This document shows positions 54,373-64,000 of a DNA stretch of 64,000 nucleotides, piece after piece. Both the position numbers and the translations under genes were made by a program. Every line of letters begins with the position of its first letter. The stretch's first letter is position 1. The stretch is from Oikopleura dioica (Eukaryota; Animalia; Chordata), in NCBI GenBank assembly GCA_907165135.1, contig OU015570.1, forward strand, positions 2,852,376-2,916,375. The letters run 5' to 3'. Under the pieces are notes generated by a model. The model searched no databases. It was not told where the DNA came from and saw only the letters and a program-made list of their open reading frames with translations.

Positions 54373-56173
54373 ATCAATATCAAATTATTATTATTTTTGA
54401 AAAAAAAAACGACGAGAGCTTTTATATAAGTGTAAAAAGTAACAATGATTTTTCGGTCATGCTTTGTTTGTGTGAGCCGTCATAATCAGAGAAAGTCAAT
54501 ATTGGTACGATCTTTACGGTCACCGATTTAAAGGTTATTTCGGTCATCTGTTGTCTTTTTAATTATCCTTAGCGCTATTCTCATCTAAGCAACAAACCGA
54601 AACGGTTTATTGACCGAGAATTATCACAGAGTGTAAGAGATAATTTGATTGCTGCGGAATTTTAAGGCGAGACAAGAAGATAAAAAAGAATCTCGATGCG
54701 TTTTTCGGTATTTTTTATTAAAGTTAGTAAGTAGTTAAATGTTTAAGTAGTTTTCAATGCATTTCGAAGCGTTTATATATTTTATAAAAATATTAATCGA
54801 CGATTTCAGGAAAATTTTTTTAAAAAGATAATTAATGCATTAAAGGGGTAGGGTCCCCGTACACTGATATCCTTAGGGAACAACGCCTCAAACAAAATCA
54901 AACTCTTCTTTTTCACGGCCAAAGATTTACGCAAGTTCGGGTCTACATGGTTATAAAATCTGTTTTATCAGCTTGGTATCACCAAATTGATTTCTCAGTT
55001 TTTTTCGTAAAAAATCATTTCACGGTAGTTTTCTAAACACGATAAAAAAGACGGTCAGTTTTAACGAGCCAGACTGACCCAAAACATCAATTCGTTATCA
55101 TCTCATTATCTTATTCTTTTGGTCTTTTCTATCTTTCATTGGAATGCTCACATGCTCTCATCATAATCAACGGGTCGGAAATTAATTAAGGGTTCTGTCT
55201 AGGATTAATGTGTATGTACGCATACTTCGAAAAATCTTAATTTGTTTCTGACTTTTCTAGTGCAATTCGACGTCATTTCATCAAACAAATAGTACCTCGC
55301 AATACCGTGCTTCGTTTTAATATTCGATCTTTTTATTATCACGTCTTGCGATTTTACAGTTCAATTATTGACCGTGCAGCTTACGATTTAATTTCAACAA
55401 CGAGGACGCCTACAACGCTCTTAACAACTTCTACTACTTCAACGAACCGATATATCGCCGTATCACTCGCGATGCCGTGGGAACGGGTCCTTTTCTATGT
55501 CAGAAGGCCCGCTTGTCGCAAAGTAGCGAGTCGTAAGAGAAGATACGATGTGAACCGCGACAGTAACTCTCCCCGGGTACGTTCCTTGGATTTTTTCTAT
55601 TCTTTAAATTCGAAAAAAAATATTTTAACTAGAATCCTGACCAAATTTAAGTTTAAATATTTATTTCTTATTTTGTACATATTCTTTATTTCTTTTATTC
55701 GTTTTTATTTTACAGTCATTTCTACGGTCACATAGTGAGAAGTTTAAATGACTGTAAATTTATTCTTTGTTTATTTTTATCAAAAATTATAATTTGCGTT
55801 TTATGAACTCTTCACACGCGGCGCCGGCTCGAAAAGATAAACGATCATAACTTGCTCGGCAAGCTCGACAAGCTCAGCTCTAAATCGGCAAGAATACGAT
55901 CCGTAAGGATTTCCCGAAAGAAAAACTGCTTTGATGGCCTTGGGCTTTCTTCCTTGATTTCAAAAACAAAAGCTTTTCAAAAGCTCAAAAACAACCGCTC
56001 GTTCAAAAACATTGATTCAATCTCGCCGTATTTAACCGCGCGCCGTGCTTCTTTTTCTCATTCAAATCACAAATAAAACCACGCAAATTAAAAAATTTGA
56101 TTCTCGTCATTTTTAGCTTGGCATTCTAGAGTTAGAGAACGCGCATAAATTGCAGGACAGCCGCTTCCGTATC

Positions 56174-57280
56174 ATGGTGACCGCTACTCCTGAAGAGGTA
56201 CTGTACAAAAGTCATGCACTTTTTTCGGTTTCTCCAAATCAAATGATTAGATTAGGGATGAGAAATTACGAATTTAATCTGATTAGCTCGTCAATTAAAG
56301 ACAAAATTCAGCGAGCAAAATGGATTTTTGATAAGTCGCTAGCGGAAAATAAGCCCACAAACAAATCTGACCTTGAGGCCCAATTCGCGCGTCTTTCGAG
56401 TTCGTTTGTCTACAATTCTTGTGAGCCCTGCTTTCTCAAAGAATACGGAGAAGACCTTTATGGATTTGAATCAGCCGAAGAAAAATTGTCTTTTTGACAT
56501 CCGTTTTTGGCGACGAATCGGCCGAAGAGAAAATTCTTCGGAATAAAGAAAAACTAGAAAGTCTCACTCGTAAAAGTGAAAATAATGAGAAGTTCGAGAT
56601 TTTTTGTCACGTGTAAAAACAGTCGCGGAGAAGATTTCGCAAAAACCGGACGCAAGAGAATATATTATAGACACTCAATTTCGAAAGTCTCTTACTCCGG
56701 AATTGCAGAATTTTCTTCGGGATCAATGCATGCTTGAAAAAACCCCCGAGGAGATTTCAAAATTCCTGGACAAAAGAAAGAGGAATGAAACGGTTCCCAA
56801 AGTTTCTCAAATTGAGATTGACGCGAAACTTGGCTCGTTTTTTCAGCAAACCTCCGATTTAATTTCAAAATCATCAATGTCCTTTGAGGACCAAATTGCT
56901 CAATTAAAAATGGAGCAGAAAAAATCGGAAGAGGCTGCGGAAAAGCGGGCATGTGCGCTGCATGATCAGATTGAAAGGTTAACGGCCACAATTTCAAAAT
57001 TGGAATTAGATCGTCGCAACGATCATAGTTTGACGCGCCAAAATCCCCAGCAACGGAATTTTCAAAGTCGAAATTTGGGCGCGCCGAACGCTGATCGACA
57101 ACGGCCTCGACGTTTTTGTGGATTTTGTAATACAGACACCCATTTCAGATCGCATTGTCCCTTTATTACCTGTCATTTTTGTCAGAAAAAGGCCACATGA
57201 AAACTGCGTGCCCCGAGAATCCCGATAGAATTTACAGAGCGGCCCGAGTTGAGGGAGACCAATCTTCAAAAAACGAGTAA
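56174..57280 (+). CDS. gag: Gag of element C (homopolymer frameshifts)
   Basis: ATG at 56174, closely similar to A gag. Breaks coincide with T/A runs near 56490, 56600 and 57185. Confidence 0.8.
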
Positions 57281-60200
57281 ATGGAACTGGAAGCCCTGGT
57301 CAGGCAACAGTTCCAAGGACTTGTTCAATTTTTCGCATAAGATTACAGTATTTCGTAGAGATGACAATTTTTCAAAAACAATCAAAATGCTCGTCGATTC
57401 AGGATCTCAGCTTAATCTCCTCCCAAAATCTTTTATTCCCGATAATGTTAAAATTCACGCGCCAGATATTTTTGCAAAGAATTACGGTGGGGGCAGTGTT
57501 GAGATTCTTGGTTATGTTGAATGTGATTTTCATGTTAAAACTGAAAAATGGGGTAAATCCCGATTTTACATAGTTAATGATAATTGCGAGGCAATTCTTG
57601 GTTCAGAAGCGCTTAAATCCAACGAAATATTGATAAATCTCCATCGTAATCGTCTTGTCAAATCAGGCCCAATTGAGCGAATGGCTAATCTATCAAATAA
57701 TTCATTGAATAACCCGTCAATTTTTGGTATCGAACAGGATAGTTTATACGCTGTATCAGAACAGAACTTCACATTTAGAGGCAAAAGTGAACAAATAATT
57801 GATTTAAAAATTCCTCATTTAAATAGATCGATGAACTTATTTTTAGAAGAGAGCCAGCTTAAAAATTCAAAGCTTGAATTGATAGAATCATTTCAGAGAG
57901 TTGATCCCGAAAATCCGGTTTTTCGTGTTCTTGTTATCAATCCCCTTAATTCCTCGATAAAGATTCCCGCTGGAACAGTTTTTGCAAAACTCGCAGAAAT
58001 AGCTGAGATCGCGTCTATAAATCCTTCAAAAAAGGATCTTGATTTTATTCTTTCACGGTTAAAAATAGGGGATATATCGGAAAAAAAATCGCCCAATATT
58101 TTTTGGTCTTCTTGGTATCTACACCCACTTATTTCAAGATGAAGACGACGATTTGCCTGTTTCTAATCTTGAGAAATTTTCGATTGAATTAGAGACTGAT
58201 CGCCCCATTTCCAGTAATATGTACAGAACGCCCTATGCACTCCGTGGAGTAATGGGAAAAACCCTTACATCATACCTTGGCCAAGACATGATTGTGCGGA
58301 TAAATTCTCCTTATAACTCTCCCGCGTTACTTGTAAGAAAACGTAATGGAACATTTAGATTATGTATCGATTATAGGAAGCTTAATTCGTTTACGCTACA
58401 GCAACATCACCCGTTGCAACAAATAGAAGACGTTTTAGGGTTTTTGGAGAACAGCTTGATTTTTTCTTGCGTTGATTTGCGCAAAGGTTTTCATCAATGC
58501 CTCGTGGACGAGGAATCCAGGGCGAAGCTTGCTTTTTCGACTGAACAGGGACAATTTACATGGAAAAGGCTCCCCATGGGCCTTAAAAATGCCCCGATTC
58601 ATTTCGCAAAATGCATGGATATTATTTTACGAGACACGCCGAAAACAGAAATTTGCGCATATTTAGACGATTTAGTGGTGCACTCAAAAACAGAGGAAGA
58701 ACATCTGGCTAATTTAAGTAAATTGTTTCAAATTTTAGATCAGAATAATTTGCGGATTAATATTGAAAAGGCGAATTTCTTCGAGCGAAAAGCATGCATT
58801 TTGGGTTTTGAAGTGTTTAATGGGAAAATACGACCTTCGCAAGACAAAATCGAAGCGGTTAGAAAACTGACAATTCCCAAAAATCGTGAAGAGGCACAAT
58901 CTCTTTTCGGACTCCTTTCTCAGCACAGAAAATTTATTAAAAATTTTGCGCCCCTTGGTGTAGAGATTTCTAAAACGTATAGAGGCTCGTTTCGTTGGAC
59001 AAAAGAAGCCACAGATGCATTTGAAAAGCTCAAGAATATCATATGCCAAAACACGCTTGAGTTAAAGATCCCCCCCTCTAAATAATGGAGTTTTCATTCT
59101 TGAGACTGATGCTAGTCAGCATAGTCTTGGTGGGGTTCTTTATCTTTGCGCGGAGCAAAATAAAGAGCACCACCATTCTCATAAATGTCTACAGCCAATA
59201 GCTTATCATTCGCTAAATTTCACTACGGCTCAGCTTAAATATGGGACTTTAGAAAAGGAACTGTATAGTGGGAAAACATGTATGGAACGTTGGAGAGCTT
59301 ATCTGGCCTATGTTGATTTTCTCTGGATAACAGATAATTCATGTGTTAAATATGCCCAATCATTCAAGACAAGCAATTTGAAAATTCAAAGATGGTTCAC
59401 GGAACTTCAAGGGTTTTCGTTTAGAATTGAGCAAAGAAAAACTCATCAAATGAAAATAAGTGACTGCCTTAGTCGTAATTTATTATATTGTACGGTAAAT
59501 CAAATCAATTTTACAATGGAGTCATTTGTTGAGTTTCAGAAAGCAGATTCTATTTTATCGCAAGTAAGACGTTTTGTTAGTATTGATAGATGGCCAAATA
59601 ATCCCGCACGAGATTTGATTCCATTTTTTATTCGAAGATCTGACCTAGAAATTATTAAGTCTGGAGAGCTTGTTTTGAACTCATCTGCTAATCAAAAAAG
59701 ATTTTGCGTCCCCGAGGCATTGACAAAAACTATTTGTAGCAAATACCATGATCGCTCCCATTTCGGAATTGACATAACAGCTGAAAAAATCTCCAGAAAT
59801 TATTTTTGGCCAGGATTGAAAAATACAGTTGCCGATTTTATAAGGTCATGCCACACGTGTCAAACTTCTAAGCCAAATCTTCAGCCAAATAGAGCCCCTC
59901 TAGGTAAATCGGAAACACCTAGCGGACCATTTGAAATTTTGTATTTTGACCTTATCGGACCGCTTCAAGAAACTGATTTTGGTAATAAATATATCATGGT
60001 TGTGATAGATGGATTTAGCAAAAAAGTTTACGCAGAGCCCTTATCGTGTAAAAAATCGGATTATCTTCTGCAAAAATTTCGCAGCGTTTTATTTAGGAAT
60101 CCAAAATTCCCGAAATATATCGTTCTGGACAATGCGAAAGAACATATATTGATCGAAAAATTTTTGAAAGAAAATAAAATCGGTGTTCACTACATTCCCC

Positions 60201-61732
60201 CGCGTCATCCTCAGTCAAATGGGCAAGTCGAAAATGTCAACCGAACCATTAAAGCTAGGCTTAGAGCACGGACGAATTGGGTTAATTGGGATATTTTCCT
60301 TTTCGAAATTATTCACGAAATAAACAGTAGCTTACATACAGTACTCGGAACAACCCCATTCTGCGTGGAAACAGGTGTTAAAAACAGTCATCATTTTCAA
60401 GACCCAAACTGGCGAACATATGGAGATAAAATCGACGTGGATTTTGAAAATATCCGTGCGAAAGTTGAGCAAGAAAAGAGAAAAAGATTGGCAAAATTTG
60501 ACAATCCTTTTTTCAAGGAGTACAATTTGGGCGATAAAATACTTATAAAAAATTTCCGTGAAAAATTTCCCCCATTTATTGGTCCTTTTATAGTCACATT
60601 TAAATCTCCGAGTGGATTATGGTATACGGTTAAAAATGATAAGGAGGAATTTCGGCGTCATGCAGAGCATATGAAAATCTATACTGAGCGAAATGCGACC
60701 ACAAAAACGGAAGAGAATTTTGACACAACCCAAAAGCTTGTTACAAAAAATCACAATAATGATCTCGAGCTTCTTGAAATTTTTTCGGAAAACCATCTTT
60801 TTTCGGGGACTTCTCTTGGTCTGTTTGGTGAAAACTTCTCTGATGAAGAGAAATCGAATAATGTGCATGAATCAGTATCCTCAGAAATATCAGAAAAATC
60901 TTTTTCCTCGGAATCTTGTCGGGAGCGGTTTAGTTCGTCTTCAGAATCAGATAATATTTCCTCATCATCGACTCTTCTGATAGAATTGCCACAGCCGAAT
61001 ATTGATCTGAGTCAAATATCCGATTTGAATCAATTAGAAAATGGATCAAATATTGCGTTTGATTCTGAGAAATCAAGTTCTGAGTTCGAGCCCTCCGTTC
61101 ATCTGATGTCCTATGATAAATTGCCGGAAATTGATCCAATAGTTGCCCTTAAACGAACGCGTGAAAGATCTGATGATTCTATTGTTGAGCGCAAGATTGC
61201 TAAATTTACAGTCGAAAATAATTTGGAAAATATGTCAATCCACATAAAAATGGAGAATCATGATCTTGAGTTCTTCAAGCGTCTTAATGATAAGTGGCAA
61301 AACACTGATGATATAGAACAAAGTTATGTTGAAAACGGTATCTTTATCAAGCTCAATGAACTTACAAGGGATTCGCTTCTATTTATTCTATTTAAAATGA
61401 ATCAGAATTTTGATCTCGAAGAATCAAGGGCAGAACTTCAGATAAAAGTGAAGGAAACCATTCGTAGAGAATACCCAAACTGGCGTAAATCAAAAAACGG
61501 ACAACTTCTTTTCTTTGCGATCTTTAGAGTTCAAAAGAGAGAACTTTGTACGATTTGAATGTCCCCGAGCTAAAAACACTGTGTGCATCTTATGATTTAC
61601 CGTGTAAATTTTATAACTGTTCGAAAACGATTTTACAAGCATCAATTGAGACCGAATTGTTAAAAAATTTCCAAGTCATCCTACACGTAAAAATGTTTTA
61701 ATTTTTCTTCCTGACAATGAAACAGAAATTTG
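57268..61732 (+). CDS. pol: Pol of element C (split by homopolymer frameshifts)
   Basis: LVDSGS, YLDD, LETDAS, HDRSH…CHTC, DDE core, GPF and the same C-terminal module as A, ending …FPSHPTRKNVLIFLPDNETEI*. Confidence 0.88.
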
Positions 61733-62137
61733 AAACAAAAGAAAGGCGAAAAAGATGCTCGTTTGCGACCCATGGAAGGTCACAGTGATATCCTTAGGGA
61801 ACAACGCCTAAAACAAAATCAAACTCTTCTTTTTCACGGCCAAAGATTTACGCAAGTTCGGGTCTACATGGTTATAAAATCTGTTTTATCAGCTTGGTAT
61901 CACCAAATTGATTTCTCAGTTTTTTTCGTAAAAAATCATTTCACGGTAGTTTTCTAAACACGATAAAAAAGACGGTCAGTTTTAACGAGCCAGACTGACC
62001 CAAAACATCAATTCGTTATCATCTCATTATCTTATTCTTTTGGTCTTTTCTATCTTTCATTGGAATGCTCACATGCTCTCATCATAATCAACGGGTCGGA
62101 AATTAATTAAGGGTTCTGTCTAGGATTAATGTGTATG

Positions 62138-64000
62138 TTAGGGTTAGTTAGGGTTAGGGTTAGGGTTAGGGTTAGGGTTAGGGTTAGGGTTAGGGTTAGG
62201 GTTAGGGTTAGGGTTAGGGTTAGGGTTAGGGTTAGGGTTAGGGTTAGGGTTAGGGTTAGGGTTAGGGGTTAGGGTTAGGGTTAGGGTTAGGGTTAGGGTT
62301 AGGGTTAGGGTTAGGGTTAGGGTTAGGGTTAGGGTTAGGGTTAGGGTTAGGGTTAGGGTTAGGGTTAGGGTTAGGGTTAGGGTTAGGGTTAGGGTTAGGG
62401 TTAGGGTTAGGGTTAGGGTTAGGGTTAGGGTTAGGGTTAGGGTTAGGGTTAGGTTAGGGTTAGGGTTAGGGTTAGGGTTAGGGTTAGGTTAGGGTTAGGG
62501 TTAGGGTTAGGGTTAGGGTTAGGGTTAGGGTTAGGGTTAGGGTTAGGGTTAGGGTTAGGGTTAGGGTTAGGGTTAGGGTTAGGGTTAGGGTTAGGGTTAG
62601 GGTTAGGGTTAGGGTTAGGGTTAGGGTTAGGGTTAGGGTTAGGGTTAGGGTTAGGGTTAGGGTTAGGGTTAGGGTTAGGGTTAGGGTTAGGGTTAGGGTT
62701 AGGGTTAGGGTTAGGTTAGGGTTAGGGTTAGGGTTAGGGTTAGGGTTAGGGTTAGGGTTAGGGTTAGGGTTAGGGTTAGGGTTAGGGTTAGGGTTAGGGT
62801 TAGGGTTAGGGTTAGGGTTAGGGTTAGGGTTAGGGTTAGGGTTAGGTTAGGGTTAGGGTTAGGGTTAGGGTTAGGGTTAGGGTTAGGGTTAGGGTTAGGT
62901 TAGGGTTAGGGTTAGGGTTAGGGTTAGGGTTAGGGTTAGGGTTAGGTTAGGGTTAGGGTTAGGGTTAGGGTTAGGGTTAGGGTTAGGGTTAGGGTTAGGG
63001 TTAGGGTTAGGGTTAGGGTTAGGGTTAGGGTTAGGGTTAGGGTTAGGGTTAGGGTTAGGGTTAGGGTTAGGGTTAGGGTTAGGGTTAGGGTTAGGGTTAG
63101 GGTTAGGGTTAGGGTTAGGGTTAGGGTTAGGGTTAGGGTTAGGTTAGGGTTAGGGTTAGGGTTAGGGTTAGGGTTAGGGTTAGGGTTAGGGTTAGGGTTA
63201 GGGTTAGGGTTAGGGTTAGGGTTGGGTTAGGGTTAGGGTTAGGGGTTAGGGTTAGGGTTAGGGTTAGGGTTAGGGTTAGGGTTAGGGTTAGGGTTAGGGT
63301 TAGGGTTAGGGTTAGGGTTAGGGTTAGGTTAGGGTTAGGGTTAGGTTAGGGTTAGGGTTAGGGTTAGGGTTAGGGTTAGGGTTAGGGTTAGGGTTAGGGT
63401 TAGGGTTAGGGTTAGGGTTAGGGTTAGGGTTAGGGTTAGGTTAGGGTTAGGTTAGGGTTAGGGTTAGGGTTAGGGTTAGGGTTAGGGTTAGGGTTAGGGT
63501 TAGGGTTAGGGTTAGGGTTAGGGTTAGGGTTAGGGTTAGGGTTAGGGTTAGGGTTAGGGTTAGGGTTAGGGTTAGGGTTAGGGTTAGGGTTAGGGTTAGG
63601 GTTAGGGTTAGGGTTAGGGTTAGGGTTAGGGTTAGGGTTAGGGTTAGGGTTAGGGTTAGGGTTAGGGTTAGGGTTAGGGTTAGGGTTAGGGTTAGGGTTA
63701 GGGTTAGGGTTAGGGTTAGGGTTAGGGTTAGGGTTAGGGTTAGGGTTAGGGTTAGGGTTAGGGTTAGGGTTAGGGTTAGGGTTAGGGTTAGGGTTAGGGT
63801 TAGGGTTAGGGTTAGGGTTAGGGTTAGGGTTAGGGTTAGGGTTAGGGTTAGGGTTAGGGTTAGGGTTAGGGTTAGGGTTAGGGTTAGGGTTAGGGTTAGG
63901 GTTAGGGTTAGGGTTAGGGTTAGGGTTAGGGTTAGGGTTAGGGTTAGGGTTAGGGTTAGGGTTAGGGTTAGGGTTAGGGTTAGGGTTAGGGTTAGGGTTA
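62138..64000 (+). repeat. Telomere (TTAGGG)n, about 310 repeats, G-strand 5'->3' toward the end
   Basis: Continuous TTAGGG to the window edge. Scattered TTAGG, TTAGGGG and TTGGG variants occur only proximal to about 63460. Confidence 0.99.

Larger units (their letters stand above)
54865..62138 (+). mobile_element. Ty3/gypsy LTR retrotransposon C (A-related), 3' LTR truncated by the telomere
   Basis: 5' LTR 54865-56174 (1310 bp), PBS at 56175, gag/pol homologous to A, and a 3' LTR from 61786 matching the 5' LTR for about 353 bp only. Inserted at CCCCGTACAC/GGTC of the tandem unit. Confidence 0.95.

Noticed and set aside
33092-61732. Frameshifts in gag/pol of A, B and C as evidence that the elements are dead
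   Set aside because: Nearly all fall in homopolymer runs that differ between copies in both directions (e.g. A7 vs A5 at the second knuckle), so sequencing error cannot be excluded without reads.
54865-62138. Element C as a telomere-maintaining retroelement (HeT-A/TART, TRAS/SART type)
   Set aside because: It is an LTR element inserted in the subtelomeric unit, not in the telomeric repeats. There is no poly(A) junction or head-to-tail array.
62440-63460. TTAGG units as an arthropod-type telomere
   Set aside because: Isolated single-G losses within a TTAGGG array, with single-G gains also present. They fit telomerase slippage or base-calling error.

Overview
Eukaryotic chromosome end: about 62 kb of AT-rich, transposon-dense subtelomere, then about 1.86 kb of (TTAGGG)n from 62138 to the window edge. 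The host cannot be assigned from sequence alone. 1-2.3 kb: an intronless Ulp1/C48-type protease ORF convergent with a WD40-like exon. 3-9.2 kb: the 3' half of an env-bearing Ty3/gypsy element (integrase tail, class I fusion glycoprotein, unknown ORFs). Its integrase tail is interrupted by a 1.56 kb TIR element carrying a tRNA-Ile gene and a captured copy of the neighbouring protease 3' end. 10.4-15.8 kb: a decayed SGNH/GDSL esterase, a decayed Penelope-like reverse transcriptase with no visible GIY-YIG domain, and two minimal hammerhead ribozymes. 14-21 kb: a cluster of unrelated MITEs. 20-55 kb: a 4.4-4.7 kb tandem unit built from transposon debris, partly inverted, with telomeric repeats inserted at one rearrangement junction. 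Three young env-less Ty3/gypsy elements sit in this array: A, B (nested exactly at the start of A's 3' LTR) and C, whose 3' LTR is cut and capped directly by the telomere. A, B and C share unusual traits: the gag ATG is formed across the LTR/PBS junction, a short inverted PBS-like motif replaces the polypurine tract, RNase H has a Cys/His insert, and integrase ends in a tandem SAP/HeH-like module. Most frameshifts in A, B and C fall in homopolymer runs and may be sequencing errors. All domain calls are by motif reading; no database search was run.
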